Shown here piece by piece: positions 10,004-18,644 of a stretch of 25,261 nt of DNA (positions within the stretch are counted from its first letter, which is position 1; every line of letters starts with the position of its first letter). Both the position numbers and the translations under genes were made by a program. The notes under the pieces are model-generated. The model was not told the DNA's origin, did no database searches, and saw only the letters and a program-made list of their open reading frames with translations. The DNA comes from Tortispora ganteri (Eukaryota). Where the stretch lies: assembly GCA_003707115.1 (NCBI GenBank), contig PPNB01000028.1:62001-87261 (forward strand). The letters run 5' to 3'.

Positions 10004-10164
10004 CGTATTAATGTTTGTCTTGCGATACCTTTAGCGCTGTGATGCTTGCAAACGAGATTTATCAGATCTGCTAGTTTAATCCGTGCGGCTGTTAAAGTTT
10101 TGGAAGTAAATATATTTTTTTTCTCTGCTCGAGCAGACCCTGTACAAAGATATAATACTGCAAC

Positions 10165-10857
10165 ATGCCTAAAAGCAAGAGAGCGAAAGTGGTGTCTTTG
10201 ACGAAAACAGACAAAAAGGGCAAGGAGAACAAAGAGAGAATATTCAATGAAATTAGAGATGCAATAGACCAGTATGCATATATCTGGGTGTTCAGCGTTG
10301 ATAACATGCGAAATACTTTTGTGAAAGACATCAGATCAGACTGGGTTGGTAGCAAGATTTTTATGAGTAAAAGCAAAGTGATGGCTAAAGCGCTCGGAAG
10401 TACGCCAGAAGAAGAGTATGCAGATAATGTGCATGAACTAGCAGAGCAGATCAAAGGTGAAGTTGGTCTACTTTTCACGGACGAGAAAGTCGATGTAGTG
10501 AAGGAATATTTTGAGTCTTTTTCGAAACTCGATTTTGCACGCGCCGGCACCAAGAGCAATATTGATTTCACAATTCCTGAAGGAGTTGTGTATTCTCGCG
10601 GCGGACAGATTCCTTATGAGGATGACATACCATTAGCGCACATGCTAGAGCCCACGATCCGACAACTGGGCGCGCCAACTCGATTCAAAGACGGTAAAGT
10701 GTTCTTAGACCAACCATATGAGGTATGCAAATCAGGACAGGTGCTTGATAGTCGCCAGACTAGACTGTTGAAACAGTTTGGTGTTGTCAGTGCAGAATTC
10801 AAAATAATGCTTAAGGCTTTCTATGACAAGGCTGCCCAGAAAACAGAAATCTTATAG
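10165..10857 (+). CDS. MRT4: Ribosome assembly factor Mrt4 (uL10/P0 paralogue)
   Basis: MPKSKRAKVVSLTKTDKKGKENKE, NMRNTF, VMAKALG, GEVGLLFTD, QTRLLKQFG. Confidence 0.96.
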   Translation: MPKSKRAKVVSLTKTDKKGKENKERIFNEIRDAIDQYAYIWVFSVDNMRNTFVKDIRSDWVGSKIFMSKSKVMAKALGSTPEEEYADNVHELAEQIKGEVGLLFTDEKVDVVKEYFESFSKLDFARAGTKSNIDFTIPEGVVYSRGGQIPYEDDIPLAHMLEPTIRQLGAPTRFKDGKVFLDQPYEVCKSGQVLDSRQTRLLKQFGVVSAEFKIMLKAFYDKAAQKTEIL

Positions 10858-10867
10858 GTAGCGAGAA

Positions 10868-11737
10868 TTAATACTTTCTTGGACGTTTAGACTCTATTTC
10901 GCCATCCATATCAGCGTAGCTCCTTCTAGATCGAGGATCTATAGGTTTTGGAGCATCGTAAGAGACTTCTGCACCGTAGAGTGAGGAGAAATCCGGTTCC
11001 TGATACTGTTGTTGCGGCCGTTGTTCGTACTGTCTGTCGTACTGTCTGTCGTATTGGCGATCGTAAGGATTTCTATAATGCTGAGGCTCGATTTGCGACC
11101 TTCTTTGGTCAAGAACGGATTTAGGCAGTCTTGGGGGTCTGAACTGTCGACCGAGCAGGATATCTTTAGTGTAGTGTCTGCCACCGAGTCCACCACCTAG
11201 ACGGCGTGGTTTCCAGTCATTGATGACACGTGCGCGCTCGTAGTCGACGAGGACGGGGCGGTCGAGAACTTTTGTTCCATTATGCGTTCTTACGGCTGTA
11301 TCTGCTGATGAAGGGTGTTCAAATACAATAAACGCGTAACCGCGCGAAGGGTTGTCTGGTTTGTGAGTATTGCGTATCAGCTTGATCGAGACTATATCAC
11401 CACAGTCCGAGAAAGCATTACGCAGATCTGATTCAGTGGCCGAGTAGGAAAGTCTAGATACAATAACTGTTGATGCTGGATCTGTAGAAGAATCTGCGCT
11501 TTTGAAAGGGTCATATTCTGCAGCTTGACGAGATTCGTCTAGCTTGTGTTTCTCGCTCTTTGTGATTTGGCGTGACGGTGTAGTTGACTTGTGCGCATCG
11601 AGTAACGAAACCAGACTTGATATACCTGAAATTTCTTTTGTCTTTCTGTTTTTAAGACTTGTATCAATAGGTGGCAGCTGTTTTAGCGGCGGTCCTGGCT
11701 GAAAGAGAAGTTCTATGTCTTTTGGCAGATTTTCCAT
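10868..11737 (-). CDS. SNP1: U1 snRNP 70K protein
   Basis: N-terminal LP..I..LF.P.PPL motif, an RRM with SRGYAFIVF, and VLVDYERARVINDWKPRRLGGGLGGR. Confidence 0.93.
   Translation of the reverse strand: MENLPKDIELLFQPGPPLKQLPPIDTSLKNRKTKEISGISSLVSLLDAHKSTTPSRQITKSEKHKLDESRQAAEYDPFKSADSSTDPASTVIVSRLSYSATESDLRNAFSDCGDIVSIKLIRNTHKPDNPSRGYAFIVFEHPSSADTAVRTHNGTKVLDRPVLVDYERARVINDWKPRRLGGGLGGRHYTKDILLGRQFRPPRLPKSVLDQRRSQIEPQHYRNPYDRQYDRQYDRQYEQRPQQQYQEPDFSSLYGAEVSYDAPKPIDPRSRRSYADMDGEIESKRPRKY
11027..11065 (-). repeat. In-frame 12-bp coding repeat in SNP1 (YDRQ x3)
   Basis: gtactgtctgtc twice plus a degenerate third copy, encoding YDRQYDRQYDRQY. Confidence 0.8.
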
Positions 11738-11818
11738 AGGTGAAGGTGGGTATGAAAGGTAAAGGTGAAGGAGGGAGATGAAGCTTGTTTGTCAAGGAAC
11801 ACTTAGTTTTCGACAAAC

Positions 11819-12310
11819 ATGAATCCACAAAATCTCAAGGGTCTTAAAGCCGAATTTGTAAATAAACTATTCCAAAATAAATTGAAAGGCAGTGTCAAGG
11901 TCCATGATGCAAATCTACTTACAGTCAGGTTCTTTCCTCTGAAAGTCATGCGACCAAAGATCATGAACTATACCAAATCTATTCCAGCAATTGTACCATA
12001 TTTTGGACGTAAATCTGAAGTAGGTCAATTCTACAGATCATCAGCAGTAGCACGGTCAAAATTACGCAAAGTACTTAGATCAAGGTTCTGTCATTTCTAT
12101 AATGCTGACTCGTCAGCGCAGCCAGGCATCTACGTCCTACGGATCAACAGCATCATCAAACTCCGCTCAACAGCAGAACTCGACTCAGAAATAAAGAGTT
12201 TCATGGACGCTGCTAAGAAATTATCAAATGAACCAAAACAAGATACAACTTCCGACAAAGATATAGAAATGCAGCACCTAATTCGCAAAATACAAACAGG
12301 TCAATTATGA
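11819..12310 (+). CDS. Basic 163-aa hypothetical protein, possibly similar to the bacterial RNase P protein (RnpA)
   Basis: ATG ORF that fills the gap between SNP1 and MRPL51. SAVARSKLRKVLRSRF..GIYVLRI..STAELDSEI resembles the RnpA RNR helix, beta4 and alpha3. The gene is likely real; the product call is tentative. Confidence 0.6.
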   Translation: MNPQNLKGLKAEFVNKLFQNKLKGSVKVHDANLLTVRFFPLKVMRPKIMNYTKSIPAIVPYFGRKSEVGQFYRSSAVARSKLRKVLRSRFCHFYNADSSAQPGIYVLRINSIIKLRSTAELDSEIKSFMDAAKKLSNEPKQDTTSDKDIEMQHLIRKIQTGQL

Positions 12311-12324
12311 TCTCTCGCATATAC

Positions 12325-12336
12325 CCCTAACCCTAA
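12325..12336 (-). promoter_or_regulatory. (TTAGGG)2, a Tbf1/telobox-type site in the short MRPL51 promoter
   Basis: CCCTAACCCTAA read directly; contains AACCCTAA, matching the Tbf1 consensus ARCCCTAA. Confidence 0.5.
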
Positions 12337-12402
12337 TAATTTTCTTCCTTGACCCACCTCGCTATAATTGCACTTTCACACACTCCTTTAGACGCCAAAA
12401 CT

Positions 12403-12831
12403 ATGCCGCTTAAACCCGTCAAGGCTGTATCGATCGCCAGAAACGGCTATAAGAAGTTTGTCATTCCGTGCAAGCGACTGACGTTCCAATACTGCAACTG
12501 GGGCGGTAGCTCGGCCGGCATGAGAGACTTCATCTCGACCCATCTCAAGTCATTCGCTGCCGAAAACCCTTCAACGCATTTCCAGATAGTTCGCAAGAAA
12601 GGTCACCCTACAATAAGAGGCGAGTATATAAATGGAAGAGAAAAGGTAATATGCACGAGAAATATGAATACAAAGGAGATCCTCCAAAAGGCTAATCTGC
12701 TTAAAGCTTCCAGCGGTGAAAAACTCTCCAGAACCTCTATAAACCGTCCAGTAAAATCACTGAACCCGTCCGTTCGTGGTATCTGGTCTCCTCTGCACGC
12801 TACGCTACAAAGACCGATCTACAAGATATAA
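12403..12831 (+). CDS. MRPL51: Mitochondrial ribosomal protein mL43 (MrpL51), ATG start 12403, 142 aa
   Basis: ARNG..KFVIPCKRLTFQYCNWGGSSAGMRDF, HPTIRGEYINGREKVIC, VKSLNPSVRGIWSPLH. Confidence 0.94.
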   Translation: MPLKPVKAVSIARNGYKKFVIPCKRLTFQYCNWGGSSAGMRDFISTHLKSFAAENPSTHFQIVRKKGHPTIRGEYINGREKVICTRNMNTKEILQKANLLKASSGEKLSRTSINRPVKSLNPSVRGIWSPLHATLQRPIYKI

Positions 12832-12854
12832 TGACAATGACAACTTCTCAATTA

Positions 12855-14519
12855 TTATGACTCCGTAAACGTTTTAAGAAAACTCAGTAGATTCTTCTCT
12901 CCCTTATTATTATTGCTTCCTGTATTGCCTGGTAACTGATCATTGTCATGGTTATACATGCCTCCGTTCAGCGGCACCGGTTCAGTGCTTTCGTTCCATC
13001 TCTGTATGGACGCTGCATTGTAGCCGTACTCGCTCTGTGGCTTAACAGGCGCTGGTCTCTCCATATACCCTGGCTGCGGCCCCGGTGAACATGTACTTCC
13101 ACGCATACTATGCACACTATACATGCCAGGAGTGCCACTTCCATTACCGAAATTCGTAAACTGGTATGCTTCCGGTGTCACGCTGTCTGACTCTGCGTAC
13201 TGGTACACTGCAGGCGTTCCGGCCGCGTGCGTTCCCGAACTATAGTGGTACTGGTGAGTCATGGACATGGCCATGTCATTGCTATAGCTGGCGTCCGGCG
13301 CGAAAGTAAACTCAGACCGAAGTCCATTCATGTGATTATCTGGAGTTTTCGCCAGTAGTGTGTTCAGCAGCTTCTTTGAGTTCTTCGTAATCGCGCTAGA
13401 CCGTCTTAAAGCCGCAGATGGCATAGGTGGCGGAGCTTCTGGCGACGCCAGGAGATGCGATAACAAGCTGCTTGCATCTGGTGCAGAATAACTAGGCGCA
13501 GATAGGTTGTACTTTGCTGTGACTGGTTCTACGGGAGCCCCATTACTACTTTGCAAGGTGCCATCGTCTAGTTTGAGCATTTCCACCTGACGGTTAATAT
13601 CGATAGGTGAAGGAGAATCGGTGATATCCTTCAATTCCTTTGAGGCATTCGCACTAGACCCGTGAATGAGGTTTAGTAAAGCCTTTTCATCAGAGTTATG
13701 CGTGTCAATGTCATTTGTCGAAGATTTCAGCATACTGAGAAGAGTAGCCGATTTATCTTTATCTGCGTAACTGCGATCAGACTTCTTCTTCTTGTCGGAC
13801 TTATTTTCAGTCTTTGAGGCTATAAACTTCAGCAATGGGGGTGTAAACCGGGAGAGAGCGGAGTCTTTGCCTCTGGGCACGAGTTGCGCCAAGTCAGCCA
13901 ATCGGAACCAGCCGACTGCGGATATTTCTTTGCGAGTTTGTGGTTGGAATGAAGTATTTGCGTCGACTCCAACGACTATGTAAAGCCGTGTACTGCGGCC
14001 GCGCAAATTTAGATCAATGTAGTCTTCTTTCTTGAGGTAGGGTGATATGTCAAACCCGATTTCCTCTTTGACTTCACGGATTGCGCATTCGTGGTCAGGC
14101 TCATCTTTGTTGATTTTACCTTTGGGGAAAGCCCAGCTAGAAGACTTGTTCCAGCCTTTGACAAGCAACGCCTGTCGCATGTCTGGAGTGAGGATTATAG
14201 CGCCACGCACGGGGACGGAAGCCTTGTAGGCCATGAAGTGGAGGTAGGCGTCTTTCGTTTTGTTACCCAGATGCGAGAGACCGGGGCATTTCTGCAAGGT
14301 GAGGGAACAGAACGCTTTGAAGTCGAGTTTTCGAAGTTTAGGATTCTGTTCGCGAGCAAAATCAAGGTAGAACCAATGTGCTTCTTCTATGAGGAAACCT
14401 ACGCGCTCAACTGATTGAATTTCTTCTGCAGGCGTATTGACGACGAATCTGGCCCAAAGGTCGTCGAGGACTTCGTTGAACGAGCATTGTTCATATGAGA
14501 ATGAACTAATCAGTGACAT
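12855..14519 (-). CDS. DCP2: mRNA decapping enzyme catalytic subunit
   Basis: Box A (LDDLWARFVVNTP..EEAHWFYLDF), Nudix box (FPKGKINKDEPDHECAIREVKEEIGFD), PQTRKEIS, and a disordered tail with LLxxL helical motifs. Confidence 0.95.
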   Translation of the reverse strand: MSLISSFSYEQCSFNEVLDDLWARFVVNTPAEEIQSVERVGFLIEEAHWFYLDFAREQNPKLRKLDFKAFCSLTLQKCPGLSHLGNKTKDAYLHFMAYKASVPVRGAIILTPDMRQALLVKGWNKSSSWAFPKGKINKDEPDHECAIREVKEEIGFDISPYLKKEDYIDLNLRGRSTRLYIVVGVDANTSFQPQTRKEISAVGWFRLADLAQLVPRGKDSALSRFTPPLLKFIASKTENKSDKKKKSDRSYADKDKSATLLSMLKSSTNDIDTHNSDEKALLNLIHGSSANASKELKDITDSPSPIDINRQVEMLKLDDGTLQSSNGAPVEPVTAKYNLSAPSYSAPDASSLLSHLLASPEAPPPMPSAALRRSSAITKNSKKLLNTLLAKTPDNHMNGLRSEFTFAPDASYSNDMAMSMTHQYHYSSGTHAAGTPAVYQYAESDSVTPEAYQFTNFGNGSGTPGMYSVHSMRGSTCSPGPQPGYMERPAPVKPQSEYGYNAASIQRWNESTEPVPLNGGMYNHDNDQLPGNTGSNNNKGEKNLLSFLKTFTES

Positions 14520-14973
14520 GAGAAGCTCGTTTGCTCATTTAACTAGGATTAGCGTGAGAAAATTGGCAAAAATAGTAATCCAGAGATAGTCAGTATTTTA
14601 AGCGTAAAGGCAAGGAGGTTGCGAAAAAAGGTGACTTAGCGATGGGAGATGTGACGTATAGCTGTGATTGGCTGTATTTGTGTCGCCCCTTGTCATCATA
14701 GAACGATTGCCTTTACACCATTACCAGCCTCTGAGCCTTACCAAGTATTCAGAATTTAAACACAGACAATCATGCGCTAGCATACAAGCAACTGCTGGTA
14801 TGACAGCGCTCGGTTGTGGGCGCAACGATGCCCAGCGGCTCTAACTGATGAGTTCGTAGCAGAATAAGGTTTAGTTGTTCACAAGCCTTAAGCTTGATAT
14901 ATATATATATACCTTCAGACCGCCTCACTGTTTCTGTAAGTCTCTGTGCAAAGATTGTCATTGTTATTTTAGT

Positions 14974-15630
14974 ATGGGAGGAATACTCAGTAAGTTTGTT
15001 GTGGGCTATGTAAGTGCATTTTATCTGCGGCAACACAATAACAAGGATCAGCGACTAACTGTGCTTATAGGCGGCTAAGAAGACGATCGGCGAGTGGGGT
15101 GGAGAAGACCCGTATTTCGAGGAAGTAAGTATATAGTAAGCAGTGTCAGACACTATTTACTAACTATACAGGTTGTGAATTCAAACGGCGTCAAGACAAA
15201 GCGCTCAAAAGGTGTGCCAACTGGTGTATCAGAGTATGATGCCAAGATCCTTAAAAAGGCGCGCAGACGGTCATGGTGGCTAGATATGGGATTCAACTTA
15301 GGATGTGGCAGATTCGGATGGACAGCAATTATAGGAATTCTGCCACTTGTTGGCGATATCATTAATGCGTGGCTCAGTTGGAAATTTATCACGCTTTGCG
15401 AGAAAGTGAACGGAGGCCTACCTGCCGACATCAAATCAAAAATGGTCATAAATGTCCTCATTGACATTGGTCTCGGTTTGATTCCGTTGTTAGGCACAAT
15501 TTTTTCGGCTGTGTACAAATGCAACTCTAGAAACTGCCTAATACTGGAGAAGCATTTGCTGCGCCGTGTTGGTCAGCTTCAGCCGGGTGTAAAGGTGTCT
15601 AATCAAGCAGAAACTCAAAAGCTGCGTTAG
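14974..15630 (+). CDS. DUF4112-family membrane protein, three exons: join(14974..15009,15071..15124,15172..15630), 182 aa
   Basis: Intron 1 (15010-15070): GTAAGT..GACTAAC..TAG. Intron 2 (15125-15171): GTAAGT..TACTAAC..CAG. Both are phase 0. Spliced N-terminus MGGILSKFVVGYAAKKTIGEWGGEDPYFEEVV; domain motifs RFGWTAIIGILPLVGD and GLIPLLG..YKCNSRN. Confidence 0.88.
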
Positions 15631-16567
15631 TAATATCTCTGTTTGAGCATGCATAACAAAGTTTATCGTTAGATTCGTTGCGAGTTTTCCACTCTGTAGG
15701 CGGATCAACTGTAATACCGTCTTTCCATGCATCTGGGTCGTTGTATATTTGTGCTTTACACAATCGGCAGGTTTTTGTCGATTCATCGCCAGTAGTCACA
15801 GGTTTAAGTTTTTCTGCTGTACGTACAACCGTAGAAACGATCGACGGGAACCCTTCACTGATATCTTCAAAGTATTTCTGTACAAGTTGACTAATGTCCA
15901 TTGATCTGACGGTGTTCGGTAGCGCGGGTTTGGGCACTACTAGACGCTCAAGTTCTGGCGACTGCAGCCGCAGTAGATCAAAAATCTCTGTGCGATGTAG
16001 GTCTGCTAGGGGACACAGTCTGTCTATGAGATGCGGCACCTGACTGCCGCGGCCGCGTGCGGTCAACGCCAGCACATTCTCAGCAAGACCCGTCATAGAG
16101 GAGCCGTATACGATATGGTCGCAGTGAGCTTCTTTGGCAAGCCGAGGAAGTGCATGTGCATGCACTGCTGTGTTTATTATGTCAGCCTTGTCTGCAAGTG
16201 TGGTGATCTTTGCCGGATCAAGGTACTCGGTCAGAGAGCAGGAGTATGTCTGGAGATCCAAATGAAGTGGCGGCATTTCCGCGGTCACAACAATCAATAA
16301 CACTAGTCTAAATCCTGCACGACCATGTATACGTATCTGAGAATCATGTAGATGTTTGACAGCACTCAATAAAGCCAAAGAGCTTGCACTATAGGAAATC
16401 GCAAGACCGAGTATCGGTACAGGCTGGTTTGTCTTATAGTTGACCTTAAACGCTTCAAGTCGTTTTCTGACCTTTCCATGTACATAATGCAAAAAGCAAT
16501 CTTTACATAGCGCCTGATCACGACACGTGTAAGTTGGCGTAGAGGAGCAACGAGCACAAACTGTCAT
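15599..16567 (-). CDS. NCS2: Cytoplasmic tRNA 2-thiolation protein 2 (Ctu2/Ncs2)
   Basis: N-terminal CxxC..CxxCF, degenerate PP-loop (SYSASSLALL), SMTGLAENVLALTARGRG, FPSIVSTVVRTAEKL, C-terminal CxxC..LCYAC. Confidence 0.9.
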   Translation of the reverse strand: MTVCARCSSTPTYTCRDQALCKDCFLHYVHGKVRKRLEAFKVNYKTNQPVPILGLAISYSASSLALLSAVKHLHDSQIRIHGRAGFRLVLLIVVTAEMPPLHLDLQTYSCSLTEYLDPAKITTLADKADIINTAVHAHALPRLAKEAHCDHIVYGSSMTGLAENVLALTARGRGSQVPHLIDRLCPLADLHRTEIFDLLRLQSPELERLVVPKPALPNTVRSMDISQLVQKYFEDISEGFPSIVSTVVRTAEKLKPVTTGDESTKTCRLCKAQIYNDPDAWKDGITVDPPTEWKTRNESNDKLCYACSNRDITNAAFEFLLD

Positions 16568-16648
16568 TTGATCTGATCGCTAGGTGGATGTGAAAAATAG
16601 CGAAAAGTTGTCTTGGGAGTAAAGTGAAAAAACTCAGACAGAGACAAG

Positions 16649-16987
16649 ATGTCAGTAGGTGTACCGGTTACATTGCTGAATGAGGCAGAAGGACACATAA
16701 TAAGTGTGGAATTAGTATCTGGGCAGATTTTACGTGGTAAACTGCTTGAAGTTGAAGATAATATGAATATTCAGCTCGAAAACGTCACATCTACAGCCCG
16801 AAACGGCAAGGTTTCACATATGGAGAAGGTATATGTGCGTGGGTCAAATATCCGCTTCTTTTCAATCCCGGAAATTCTCAGGCATGCCCCAATGCTCACA
16901 AATAAAACAAAAAGAGATCAGGGACTGGGGATGGTTCGTGGTAAAGTCACTGTACAGAGATCGCAAGGCGATCGTGCCACTAGGTAA
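16649..16987 (+). CDS. SMD3: Spliceosomal Sm core protein D3
   Basis: MSVGVPVTLLNEAEGHII..EDNMNIQL..VYVRGSNIRFF.IP..L.HAPM. Confidence 0.96.
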   Translation: MSVGVPVTLLNEAEGHIISVELVSGQILRGKLLEVEDNMNIQLENVTSTARNGKVSHMEKVYVRGSNIRFFSIPEILRHAPMLTNKTKRDQGLGMVRGKVTVQRSQGDRATR

Positions 16988-17098
16988 GGTATAAATATAA
17001 CTAATGCGCTTCTTAGTGTTGTGTACCGTACCATTTGTTATTAGTCCCTTGGGATATCCATACCACTTTTCCGTCATCATTTTCCCAGAACTAGCTTT

Positions 17099-17698
17099 AT
17101 GTCTCAAGTGATAGTCATTACTGGCGAGGCTTCGTCGATCGAAGCTATTGTCAATGTAATTGGCGATCCGTGTAGACTTAAAAACAAATATTTCGATATC
17201 GAGGTCACCCTCGTCTATGACGTGTGGGACAACGACACTGCCGCTTCCGCATGGTACGATATGCTTATGCAGAGTGGCGGCCTGGAAGAAATTGTACCTC
17301 ACGTAGCGGCATTCCTACACGTTTATTCGGGTGCAAACGCAAAATCGCGCGCTCGTGTGTACACAGAAGTCGCTGCGAAATGCCAAGAACTTAATGACAA
17401 CATGCTCTTCCTCGCAATGGATGTCACCGATATTTGCAATACAGATAACACAGAACCTGAAGATGATGAAGAATTGTCGTCGTATGGATTATACTCAATT
17501 AATTCGCTCAGTGAACTCACTCAAACCTTAGAAACGTTCCCTTGGAACGGGATCCAGAGACCAGAACACGACGATATTGACATAATCGCATTGTCACAAG
17601 AAATGCAAGACATACGCAATGACCAGACCATGTCTCTCGAAGCGAAAAAACTACGAGCCGATGATATTATTAGAAGATTAGATCGCTCATATTATTAG
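17099..17698 (+). CDS. IRC6: Irc6/p34 (adaptin-binding) family-like protein, shortened
   Basis: KNKYFDIEVTLVYD resembles the Irc6/AAGAB (T/N)KYY..V....D motif; L..TLETFPW; C-terminal helical region ending MSLEAKKLRADDII. Confidence 0.65.
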   Translation: MSQVIVITGEASSIEAIVNVIGDPCRLKNKYFDIEVTLVYDVWDNDTAASAWYDMLMQSGGLEEIVPHVAAFLHVYSGANAKSRARVYTEVAAKCQELNDNMLFLAMDVTDICNTDNTEPEDDEELSSYGLYSINSLSELTQTLETFPWNGIQRPEHDDIDIIALSQEMQDIRNDQTMSLEAKKLRADDIIRRLDRSYY

Positions 17699-17787
17699 AT
17701 TAATGCTCGTTGATGAAAATCATGCACGGAGCTACTGTCTTTTTTTTTTTTTTTGGTGGGGTTGTGGCAGTGGTTTATCACTTTTCG

Positions 17788-18405
17788 TTATGCGCGTCTT
17801 TTGCCTTGTTTTTTGTACACCCTTTTGCGCTGATGAACCATATGCATGAACAAAAAGTAGAAGCCTGGAATATAAATGGCAACAACACCAATTCTGAACA
17901 AGTATGTCAGACTGCCACCGCCGAAGATAGCAGCTGCTCGCCATAGCACAATATTTTCACCCGCAACACCTGTTGGGTATAGCACATAAAATAGGGTGTA
18001 CCGCAGCCATACTATCCATCTGGGGACTTGTTCTGGCCACAGCAGATTTACTGCGTAGTATAAATACCTATTTGTCTCAGTGAAAGACCATGCAGCGACC
18101 ATTGCTACAAATGCATAAGCCCCGATACCGCTTGTCACTGAGGAGGGATATAAGTACATGGTCAACCACACTACTACGAGTCGTGAAAATACTTGCAGAC
18201 CAACAGTAGCAATATCTGCACGCACCCATCCTAGTGCAGCATGTATTATTTCAAGTACCGCACCTGTCTGAATCACTCTCACGTAGTCTATCAACTCTTC
18301 GGCCGCGAACTCTGCGCTAATACGAGTGAAAACCACCAGTCGACACAGAATCGAAAGCCATAGTACCGTCGACAATACATTATACACAACCAAATATTTC
18401 TTCAT
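17788..18405 (-). CDS. PHS1: Very-long-chain 3-hydroxyacyl-CoA dehydratase (PTPLA family)
   Basis: YLVVYN, IQTGAVLEIIHAALGWVR, QVFSRL, AWSFTETNRYLYY, WLRYTLFYVLYPTGVAGE, HM..QRKR; multiple transmembrane segments. Confidence 0.94.
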   Translation of the reverse strand: MKKYLVVYNVLSTVLWLSILCRLVVFTRISAEFAAEELIDYVRVIQTGAVLEIIHAALGWVRADIATVGLQVFSRLVVVWLTMYLYPSSVTSGIGAYAFVAMVAAWSFTETNRYLYYAVNLLWPEQVPRWIVWLRYTLFYVLYPTGVAGENIVLWRAAAIFGGGSLTYLFRIGVVAIYIPGFYFLFMHMVHQRKRVYKKQGKRRA

Positions 18406-18644
18406 GGCTCTATTACCCTACAGTCAGATATATAAAATGATTATATGAAATAACAGACGTTCAGGACCAAATATTTCAGGTCAGGCAGGCAGGATGTTGG
18501 TGTAGATGGTAAGGGGAAACAAACACCCAGATGATGACCTACCTCGCTCCCACTTTAAGGGGAGGCGCGGGTGGCCACCCTCATACGAAAATGGAGGGAA
18601 CTTCCACTACGAGCCAAACAAAAGGGAACATATAAGCAACCGTC

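Noticed and set aside
3400..10790. Possible alternative CUG genetic code (Ser or Ala clades)
   Set aside because: CTG occurs at conserved Leu/hydrophobic positions (Dot6 KLGW, Mrt4 RLLKQ), which fits the standard code
14639..14646. GCGATGGG as a PAC site near DCP2
   Set aside because: It mismatches the GATGAG core and occurs only once
15094..15171. GTG start and N-terminus (MGWRRPV...) given by the ORF track
   Set aside because: This reads exon 2 out of frame and runs through intron 2; the spliced ATG model fits much better
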